Of a stretch of DNA of 44,017 nucleotides, positions 29,076-37,097 are shown piece after piece (positions within the stretch are counted from its first letter, which is position 1; each line of letters begins with the position of its first letter). The notes beneath the pieces were generated by a model. The model saw only the letters and a program-made list of their open reading frames with translations. It searched no databases and was not told the origin of the DNA. The position numbers and the translations under genes were made by a program. The stretch is from Coleofasciculus chthonoplastes F2-STO-03 (lineage in GTDB: Bacteria > Cyanobacteriota > Cyanobacteriia > Cyanobacteriales > Coleofasciculaceae). Location of the stretch: positions 1 through 44,017 of the forward strand of contig JAVJWO010000031.1 of assembly GCA_040222015.1 (NCBI GenBank), in the 5' to 3' direction.

Positions 29076-31292
29076 ATGACTAGAAATCGAAAAATGCCCG
29101 ATCATTGGTATGCTACCCGGTCTTCCCAACCCCGTTGGAGCCAGGATTGGCAACACCAGAGGAATGCTGTTGATCCTCTTCGGGTCGGACATTCAACCTC
29201 TCATCGTCAAACCACTCCCCAACCAGTGACGACGAAGCCAGCCCCACCCTCTCCTCAACATCCCCAAGAACCAAGACGACGCTTTACTTTCGGCTGGACA
29301 TTTTGGGTAACAATGACGATTCTGGTTTCGGGTGGGATAGGATTTTCCTCCGTTGCTCTTTTGCTGAAGCTACCAGCAGTGCCAAATTGTCCCTCAATTT
29401 TTTGGCCCACGGCTTCGGCATCGGTACGTATCTATTGTGGCCAGCTTGCGGCAAATAAACGCACCACCAAGGATTTGTTAGAAGCGATCGCACTCATTGA
29501 TGCTTTACCCAAAGACCACCCCTTACGCCCAGAAATTAACCGCCATATCGAAGAGTGGTCAGTAGAGATTTTAGCGATTGGCGAAGAAAAGTTTCAAGCC
29601 GGTCAGCTAGAGGAAGCGATTGAGATTGCTAACCGGATTCCCAGAGATGTTCCGGCGTTTACCCTAGTCAAAGAACAAATTAAGGAATGGGAAACGCTGT
29701 GGGAAAAGGCTTCAGGGATTTATGAACAAGCCGAGGAACACCTGAGACAGTCCAATTGGACATTAGCGTTTCGAGAAGCCGTCAAGCTGACAACGATAGA
29801 TAATCAATATTGGGCAGCGGTTAAGTACACCCAACTCGTGGATCTGATTCAAATCGGACGAGACGATAGTCAGAAGTTGGATCAAGCCTATCGGCTGAGT
29901 AAAAGTGGTCGAGTCGATGATATTTTAAAGGCGATTGAAGCTGCCGAGAAAATCACGCCCAAGAGTTTTGCCTACAAAGAAGCTCAAGATTTAATTGCTG
30001 AGAGTGGGAATAAATTACTCAAACTAGCCACAAGTCGCTTAGAACAACGGAACTGGCAAGGGGTGTTAGAGATTGCCAATAAGTTACCCGCTAGCGTGAA
30101 ATTACCAGACGTTAAGGCAGATTTAATTGACTTAGCCAATGCCATATCCACGGCTGAATCGGGAAGCAGTGGGGATTTGGAAATCGCGATCGCCTCAGTT
30201 CAGAAATTGGGTACTGATCGTCCTCTATATGATGAAGGTCAAGAATTAATTGCTCGATGGCAACGGGAACTGGAGGATGTGGCTCGACTGGAACGGGCGC
30301 GGACGTTTGCCAGTTCTGGGCTAGTCAACGATTTACAAACCGCGATCGCAGAAGCTCAACTGATTCCCAGCCCTAATCCCCGCTACCAAGAAGCGAGGGC
30401 TGAGATTAGCCAATGGACTCGTCAAATCCAAACCCTAGAAGATCAGCCTTATCTCGATCGCGCCACCCAACTTGCCAGCTTTGGCGGAGTCCAATCGTTA
30501 CAAGAAGCCATCAAAGAAGCCCGTCAGATTGCCCCCAATCGCGCTCTTTACTCAGAAGCACAAAGTAATATCAAGGACTGGACGCGCACGGTTCAACGCC
30601 TAGAAGACCAACCCTATCTTGACCGCGCTACCCAACTGGCTAACTTGGGCAGGGCAGAATCGTTAAAACAAGCCATCAAAGAAGCCCGTCAGATTGCCCC
30701 CAATCGCGCTCTTTATCCAGAAGCACAGAGTAAGATCAAAGACTGGACGCGCACGGTTCAACGCCTAGAAGACCAACCCTATCTCGACCAAGCTCGTACC
30801 CTCGCCAATTCCGGCAATCTTTCGGCTGCGATCGCGGCGGCTGAACAAATTAAATCGGGACGGGTACTCTATGGGGAAGCACAAAACCTGATTAAGGGCT
30901 GGAAGACAGAAGTTTTGGGACAACAGCGCTTGCAACAAGCCTACCAATCTGGCACTCTTGGTACTCCCAACGCCATTGTGGAGGCAATTCGTTTAGCTAG
31001 ACAAGTTCCTAGTTCTGCCAAGGTTAGAGGCGATGCTGTCTCGGCGGTTAATCGCTGGAGTTATCAACTGTTGGCATTGGCTCAAGATCGAGCGGCTCTT
31101 AGCTTAACTCAAGCGATTCAACTGGCGAAAATGATTCCTTCGGGAACCGAAGCCTATAATGCGGCTCAAGCGTCAATTCAAGAATGGCAAAGGATTTTAG
31201 AACCGCCTCCTCCCCTTGTCGTGGTTCCTCCGGGTAACGATGCTCAACCTTCACTAGAACCACCCGAACATGAATTGCCTCTGGATAATTAA
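29076..31292 (+). CDS. Single-TM helical-repeat protein (conserved cyanobacterial hypothetical)
   Basis: TM segment, PNCPSIFWPTASAS.R.YC motif, many A..I..W repeats, 55-aa tandem unit. Confidence 0.85.
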   Translation: MTRNRKMPDHWYATRSSQPRWSQDWQHQRNAVDPLRVGHSTSHRQTTPQPVTTKPAPPSPQHPQEPRRRFTFGWTFWVTMTILVSGGIGFSSVALLLKLPAVPNCPSIFWPTASASVRIYCGQLAANKRTTKDLLEAIALIDALPKDHPLRPEINRHIEEWSVEILAIGEEKFQAGQLEEAIEIANRIPRDVPAFTLVKEQIKEWETLWEKASGIYEQAEEHLRQSNWTLAFREAVKLTTIDNQYWAAVKYTQLVDLIQIGRDDSQKLDQAYRLSKSGRVDDILKAIEAAEKITPKSFAYKEAQDLIAESGNKLLKLATSRLEQRNWQGVLEIANKLPASVKLPDVKADLIDLANAISTAESGSSGDLEIAIASVQKLGTDRPLYDEGQELIARWQRELEDVARLERARTFASSGLVNDLQTAIAEAQLIPSPNPRYQEARAEISQWTRQIQTLEDQPYLDRATQLASFGGVQSLQEAIKEARQIAPNRALYSEAQSNIKDWTRTVQRLEDQPYLDRATQLANLGRAESLKQAIKEARQIAPNRALYPEAQSKIKDWTRTVQRLEDQPYLDQARTLANSGNLSAAIAAAEQIKSGRVLYGEAQNLIKGWKTEVLGQQRLQQAYQSGTLGTPNAIVEAIRLARQVPSSAKVRGDAVSAVNRWSYQLLALAQDRAALSLTQAIQLAKMIPSGTEAYNAAQASIQEWQRILEPPPPLVVVPPGNDAQPSLEPPEHELPLDN

Positions 31293-31503
31293 GCGGTTGA
31301 GGATTCTGGGCGCAAGAAAGCATGAAAATTTAGTCTTGCCACACCACCACTCTGGAATAATATGTCAACCCAAAAATTCAAATTGGACATTAAACTGACA
31401 GGAAAGTTACCTGAACTTCCAGGAATCCATCATGGTTAGAATAAGACGTATGATCAACCGATGTTGGAAACCAGATGCACTGTTTTAACTTATACCACTA
31501 CTG

Positions 31504-31943
31504 ATGATTCATCTAATCTGTTCTCGTGCTACCCAAGAACAAATTGACGAAATGCTTGAGACTCTTGGTTTGTATAGCAACCGCCATGGCTGTTAGGACA
31601 CATCATTTATGTAGAGACGCGCCATGGCGCGTCTCTACAATGGTGCCGAACGTCCTAATCGATGTGTCTATTGCTATACATTAAGCTAGCAGTAGATATT
31701 CAGCGTGGAATTCTCGCTGGTGGTGGAGAGTTCCACGCTGATTGTGAAACAGTGCTGCTCGAAGACGGGAGTGAGCAGGTAAACATTTGGGGAGCCGACT
31801 GGTATCCGGATAGCCAAACGGTAACCTATGAATCTCTAATTAATATACGTCCGAGACAAAATAACCGTTCAATGGAAATCCTTGATCTAGGGATTCGGGA
31901 GCAAGTTGCTAATATTGTTCATAATTTATTAGGAGGCGTATGA
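31504..31943 (+). pseudogene. DUF5674-family gene interrupted by the 102-bp MITE
   Basis: Removing 31575-31676 plus one TA joins MIHLICSRATQEQIDEMLETLGL-Y-IKLAVDIQRGILAGGGEFHADCE in frame. Confidence 0.85.
31575..31676 (+). mobile_element. 102-bp MITE with TA target duplication
   Basis: TA|TAGCAA...TTGCTA|TA; identical to 34075-34176. Confidence 0.92.
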
Positions 31944-32314
31944 AAGACTGGAAGGCTTTACAAGGGCGGTATTTAAATGACGAAGTACCAACTCGTCTAG
32001 GTGGATTAGCGGCTAACTTGGCTCGAATTAAATCTCTGACTAAAAGTGGAGTTAATGGCAATGCTGTGGAATATCTGATTAGAGAAAGCAAGTTCTTTAT
32101 TGAGTGGACAGCTATGGATGCGGGAATGGATCATGCAGCTGAGTTGGTTGAGTTGCAAGTTCAACTCGCTCGGTGGCAATTCCATTGGTCAAAGATTTGG
32201 GCAGATGATGCAAAACGCATCAATGTTGCTGAACAAGCAAGGGTTTGGACGGAGCGCGTGTTGGAGATGTCGGGACTTTTGTCGGAACCTGTTGCTAGTC
32301 CTAATCAAGGTTGA
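31940..32314 (+). CDS. Hypothetical helical protein coupled to the DUF5674 gene
   Basis: RBS AGGAGG and ATGA overlap with the upstream stop; 124 aa. Confidence 0.8.
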   Translation: MKDWKALQGRYLNDEVPTRLGGLAANLARIKSLTKSGVNGNAVEYLIRESKFFIEWTAMDAGMDHAAELVELQVQLARWQFHWSKIWADDAKRINVAEQARVWTERVLEMSGLLSEPVASPNQG

Positions 32315-32405
32315 ATGGGTTGTGCGATCGCCTTAGACTTGATTGAACAGCGATCGCTAATCGCTCATAATATATGAAAGTGTAATTAGTTTAAACCTTA
32401 CTAAG

Positions 32406-32651
32406 TTGATGGCGATGATTCCGATTAATAAAGCTAAACAGCAATTGCAAGATTTGATCGATGCCGTGAGTCAATCCCATGAGCCGATTGTTATTACTTC
32501 AGGAAGCAGCAATGCGATTTTACTGTCTGAAGCCGATTGGTTGGCGATTCAGGAAACACTGTATCTACTTTCGATACCGGGAATGCGGGAATCAATTCGT
32601 GCTGGTTTGGCGACTCCGATTGAAGAATGCGATCGGGAGTTGGAGTGGTGA
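32406..32651 (+). CDS. Phd/YefM family antitoxin
   Basis: LIDAV..SHEPIVIT..NAILLSE.DW.AIQETLYLLSIPGMRESI. Confidence 0.92.
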   Translation: MMAMIPINKAKQQLQDLIDAVSQSHEPIVITSGSSNAILLSEADWLAIQETLYLLSIPGMRESIRAGLATPIEECDRELEW

Positions 32652-32788
32652 CTTGGCAACTCGTCTACACAAAACAGGCTCAGAAAGATGCCAAGAAGCT
32701 CTCTCAAAGTAACTTACGAGATAAAGCGCAAGCACTACTCGATATCATTGAAATCAATCCATTACTCTCTATATTTTTGGAGAGATAA
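32648..32788 (+). pseudogene. Truncated Txe/YoeB family toxin
   Basis: GTGA overlap; MTWQLVYTKQAQKDAKKL..KAQALLDIIEINP, then unrelated sequence and a stop after 46 aa; catalytic C-terminal half missing. Confidence 0.85.
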
Positions 32789-32993
32789 GCTGTTTACAAT
32801 CTATATATTACTCTGATCTTGCTTCATTCCCTTGCTTCCTGTCTGGGGTTGAAACCCAAAAAACCAAAAGCTGGTATTCGTCTGGCATAGGATTGGAGCA
32901 GAGTTTTAGTCCATTTTAATGGACTTAAGCTATTAGCCCGGAGTTTGAACTCCGGGCGGGTGTTGCGGCTTACTCTTCCTAATTATTTGTCTG

Positions 32994-33959
32994 TCATATA
33001 TCCCAATTCCACATCACGGGATTATCGTCCAGGGGATCAGTAACAATACGCCCGATCGCGTCAATTTCTTGCACTTCTTCTTGAGATAACTTTACCTCAG
33101 CCGCCTTAGCATTACTAGAGGATTGTCCCTCATGACGCGCCCCCGCGATCGCATGAGTTTGTGGTTGGGCAATTAACCAAGCCAAGGATAATTGAGCCAG
33201 ACTACAATTATGGCGTTCGGCAATTGGGCGCAGTTTATCTAAAGCTTGCTGCGCTCGTTTATAGTTGTCTCCTTGAAACAGACGATTTTTGGCACGATGA
33301 TCCCCTTCTCTTAATTGATGATCGAGTCCAAATTTACCCGTGAGCAATCCTTGGGCAAGGGATGAATATGCCAGGATTGATATAGTATTCTCAATGCAGT
33401 AGGGTTGGGCATCCTGCTCGACTTGACGCCAAAACAAGGAATAAGGCGGTTGTAAGCTGTCAATCTTCCCATACTGAGCTGCTTCTTCTAACTGAGCGCG
33501 GGAAAAATTAGACACACCAATTGCCCGAATTTTGCCTTGTTCCTTTAGCTTATTCAACGCGCTCATTGTTTCCTCAATCGGCACTACCTCAGTATTAAAA
33601 TTCCCAGAGAACCAATGAATTTGGTATAAGTCAATATAGTCCGTCTGAAGATTTTTCAGAGAGCGATCGCAGGCTTCGATAACTTTATCGTATTTTAGAT
33701 TCCCCACCCACACTTTGGAGGCATAAACCACCTGATCGCGCACATCGGATAATGCCTGGGCAACAATCTGCTCCGAATGCCCATTACCATAGATTTCTGC
33801 GGTATCCACCGTCGTGATACCCGCGTCAAAAGCGGCTCGGATAGCTTTAATCGTTTCCGCGTCTTCAATCCCCACCCAGTGGGTTTTACCCGCCTGCCAG
33901 GTGCCCATTATAATCGGTGTGATTTTGATATCGGAAGTTCCTAAACGTCGCGTTTCCAT
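32994..33959 (-). CDS. Aldo/keto reductase
   Basis: DTAEIYG, DYIDLYQIHW, IGVSNF, YSSLAQGLLTGK; likely start METRRLG. Confidence 0.95.
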   Translation of the reverse strand: METRRLGTSDIKITPIIMGTWQAGKTHWVGIEDAETIKAIRAAFDAGITTVDTAEIYGNGHSEQIVAQALSDVRDQVVYASKVWVGNLKYDKVIEACDRSLKNLQTDYIDLYQIHWFSGNFNTEVVPIEETMSALNKLKEQGKIRAIGVSNFSRAQLEEAAQYGKIDSLQPPYSLFWRQVEQDAQPYCIENTISILAYSSLAQGLLTGKFGLDHQLREGDHRAKNRLFQGDNYKRAQQALDKLRPIAERHNCSLAQLSLAWLIAQPQTHAIAGARHEGQSSSNAKAAEVKLSQEEVQEIDAIGRIVTDPLDDNPVMWNWDI

Positions 33960-34074
33960 AGCCTGCTCCTGTTCTGTAGATAATTTTAACCCCAATGAGC
34001 CGGGGAATTAACCGATAAACTAATCCCATTTAATCTTCTAAGCTTTGGCAGAGTCTTGGCGTCTATCCCAGGTA

Positions 34075-34176
34075 TAGCAACCGCCATGGCTGTTAGGACA
34101 CATCATTTATGTAGAGACGCGCCATGGCGCGTCTCTACAATGGTGCCGAACGTCCTAATCGATGTGTCTATTGCTA
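34075..34176 (+). mobile_element. 102-bp MITE with TA target duplication
   Basis: Identical to 31575-31676; lies in a divergent promoter region. Confidence 0.92.
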
Positions 34177-34232
34177 TACAATTAGTTTGAACCTCCAGAT
34201 AGTAGTTGCTGAAAACCTCTGAGTCCAAGGAT

Positions 34233-34967
34233 ATGGAAGATCATACCCGTAAAATTGCCTTAGTGACAGGTGCCAATAAAGGATTAGGGTTTGAAATTAG
34301 TAAACAACTCGCCCAAAAAGGCATCCGCGTTATTCTTGGAGCGAGAGATGCCAACAAGGGGCGGGAAGCCTGCGACAAACTTAAGCAAGAAGGATTAGAC
34401 GTAGATTTCTGTCTTTTGGATATGAACAGTCGTGAAAGTATCCACAATGCCATTAGTTCGCTTAAACAAGAACTTGGCGAACTGCATATCCTCGTCAACA
34501 ATGCTGGGGTGCAACTCGATAGAACAACGTCTGTATTGGATGTAGATTTTGATACGCTCTTGCAAACTCTGCAAACAAATCTTTATGGCGCTTTTCTAAT
34601 GTGTCAAGCGTGCATTCCCTTGATGAAAGAATCAAATTATGGTCGCATTGTCAATATGTCTAGTACCCTGGGTTCTTTTGCGGAAATGAGTGATCCAAGT
34701 TCGCATTATTATGATATTCTCACTCCTACCTACAGACTTTCTAAAACAGCTCTCAACGCCGTTACCGGTTTGTTTGCCAAGGAGTTGCGAGGAACCAATA
34801 TTTTAATCAATTCGGCTTGTCCGGGTTGGGTAAAAACGGATATGGGTTCTGAAGCTGCACCGTTAAACATTGAGCAAGGTGCTGATACCCCTGTCTGGCT
34901 GGCAACTTTACCCAATGATGGACCCACTGGTGGATTTTTTAACCGTCGTCAGCCTATTGCTTGGTAA
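34233..34967 (+). CDS. SDR oxidoreductase (carbonyl-reductase-like)
   Basis: TGANKGLG, NNAG, YRLSK, CPGWVKTDMG. Confidence 0.94.
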   Translation: MEDHTRKIALVTGANKGLGFEISKQLAQKGIRVILGARDANKGREACDKLKQEGLDVDFCLLDMNSRESIHNAISSLKQELGELHILVNNAGVQLDRTTSVLDVDFDTLLQTLQTNLYGAFLMCQACIPLMKESNYGRIVNMSSTLGSFAEMSDPSSHYYDILTPTYRLSKTALNAVTGLFAKELRGTNILINSACPGWVKTDMGSEAAPLNIEQGADTPVWLATLPNDGPTGGFFNRRQPIAW

Positions 34968-35059
34968 ATAAAGTCGAGTAGAAAAGTAATGCGAATTCAG
35001 TGCAACTTTCCTACTTCCCTTCTGCCTTGGAGCCTTGTATCCACTAACCGGATATTGTA

Positions 35060-35368
35060 TCATCCTTTCCCTTCTAAAATTTCTATCAGCCTATCTTCTA
35101 AAGCATTCCGAGCCGCCACATCTGAACAATGATCAATGAGAGATTTTGCCGCCGATATCGCGGCTTGAGCTGTGGGGAAATCAAAACCGCCAAAGGGATC
35201 AATAATGGTCGGTTCGAGCAACTGTTCTGATTCTAGCCACGTTACTGTCCAACGCCCTGTTTTTCTCTCCCAAATCGGAATAATTAAATATTCATCCCAA
35301 TGGGTGTGGTAGCGTTCGGCTTGATCAAAGTTTGCCTTATAAGAGTGGCGTTTATAAACGTTATCCAC
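35060..35368 (-). CDS. Hypothetical protein
   Basis: 102-aa ORF with upstream GGAGG; no motif recognised. Confidence 0.55.
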   Translation of the reverse strand: MDNVYKRHSYKANFDQAERYHTHWDEYLIIPIWERKTGRWTVTWLESEQLLEPTIIDPFGGFDFPTAQAAISAAKSLIDHCSDVAARNALEDRLIEILEGKG

Positions 35369-35667
35369 TACTTTTTAATCCTCCCTGATTCTTGATGCTG
35401 TCCTAAACCCTGGTTTATAGTCCAGGACTTTGCCTTGAACGGTAATTTCCCCATAGTTTAAGTTTGAAAATCTCGCCTTTTTGCTTTCGTCGTACTATCA
35501 AATATTTGACATGATTAGTCGATTTTAGCTGATTTGGGCGAGGTTTCCCAAGCCTTTATTTGTGAAACTTTGTATAGCTCCCGCTTTTCTCCTCTACCTG
35601 CTGTTTTTAGGCTGAAGCGAGATAATTGCCGTCTCGCCTCAAACGTAGAGTCGAACTTCTAATTATA

Positions 35668-36351
35668 TCATGCGGGGACAGTCAAGGGTTGACCATTATC
35701 GGCAGGAGTCAACTGCAGCAAGAAGGGAACTGCTTTTTTCTTCCAATCTTGGATAGCCGTATAAGACGCCGCCTCTTTGCCATAGCAAACTTCCAGCATC
35801 TCGGTATGGATAATACCGGGACTTAGGGGAATCGCCGCCATTCCTTTAGGTAATTCTTGAGCTAGCGATCGCGTCATGCCTTCAATTGCCCATTTAGAGG
35901 TACAGTAGGATGAGACTTGGGGCGAGGTTGAGCGTCCCCATCCTGAACTCAGATTGACAATAATACCGCTTCCCCGGTCAATCATTGCTGGGATAAAATG
36001 GCGAATCACATTGGCGACTCCTTTGATATTGATATCAATCAGATGGGAGAAATCCTGGCTAGGAATCTCCCAAAGAGGTGCCAAATTATTGATAATTGCC
36101 GCATTATTAATCAGCAGATCCGGCGGACTGTACTCGTTGAGCAGAAGTTTTGCCCAAGCTGTGACCTGATCTTCATCGGCAATATCGACCACGGTAAAAT
36201 TATGGGGAGAACCAAAGGCTTGATTGAGATCCTTGATTGCTGCCTCGTTTCGAGCGCAACCCAAAACTGTATGTCCTTGAGCGATAAATCCCTCAGTCAT
36301 TGCTCGACCTAAACCCCGGCTGACACCTGTAATCACGATTACTTTTGCCAT
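35668..36351 (-). CDS. SDR oxidoreductase
   Basis: TGVSRGLG, NNAA, SSGWGRS, YCTSK; likely start MAKVIVITG. Confidence 0.93.
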   Translation of the reverse strand: MAKVIVITGVSRGLGRAMTEGFIAQGHTVLGCARNEAAIKDLNQAFGSPHNFTVVDIADEDQVTAWAKLLLNEYSPPDLLINNAAIINNLAPLWEIPSQDFSHLIDINIKGVANVIRHFIPAMIDRGSGIIVNLSSGWGRSTSPQVSSYCTSKWAIEGMTRSLAQELPKGMAAIPLSPGIIHTEMLEVCYGKEAASYTAIQDWKKKAVPFLLQLTPADNGQPLTVPA

Positions 36352-36454
36352 GGTTACTATTTTCCCTTGATACCTTTCCTCTAATAGATTAAGGCGATAC
36401 GGGAAGACAAACAAACTGTCTGGAGTCTGGAGACGTTCCACCGGAACGTCTCTA

Positions 36455-37042
36455 CTACATAATTCCCTTTAAATTCAACACAAATCCCGGCAACACATCT
36501 TCTCCTGACAGAGTAGCCGGAGAGTTGAGAATTTCTACATCCTCTCCTGGACGATAAATCTCAACTCGCTTATTTTTACGGTCAATTAACCATCCCAATT
36601 TTGCCCCGTTATCCCTATATTCTCTCATTTTTTCTTGTAGTTCTTTCAGCGAATCGGTTTCCGAACGCAATTCCACGACCAAATCTGGACAAATCGGGGC
36701 AAACTTCTTTTGTTGTGTCGGAGTTAACGCTTCCCATCGTTCCCGGCGTATCCAAGAGACATCAGGGGAACGCTCGGCACCATTGGGAAGTTTGAAGCCA
36801 CTCGATGAATCAAAGGCAATCCCTAAATTATTCTTACGGCTCCAAGCTTGGAGTTGATAGGCGAGTTCAATATTGCGATTTCCCGTTTCACTACCCGTTG
36901 GTGACATGATTAGTAATTCCCCTGATGTTGTCCGCTCAAATCGGTAATCTCGGTTTCTCTGACACAGCTCAAAGAACTGATCATCGGTTAAATCGATACT
37001 CAATTTTATCCGAGAAGGCAGAGTAATAGTTGCTCTATTCAT
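36455..37042 (-). CDS. Uma2 family endonuclease-fold protein
   Basis: FDSSSGF.LPNGA.RSPDVSW, CPDLVVELRS, LGWLID. Confidence 0.93.
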   Translation of the reverse strand: MNRATITLPSRIKLSIDLTDDQFFELCQRNRDYRFERTTSGELLIMSPTGSETGNRNIELAYQLQAWSRKNNLGIAFDSSSGFKLPNGAERSPDVSWIRRERWEALTPTQQKKFAPICPDLVVELRSETDSLKELQEKMREYRDNGAKLGWLIDRKNKRVEIYRPGEDVEILNSPATLSGEDVLPGFVLNLKGIM

Positions 37043-37097
37043 ACAGGTATTACCACAGCATATTTTATCGAATTTTTGAAACCCACCCATGCCGATT

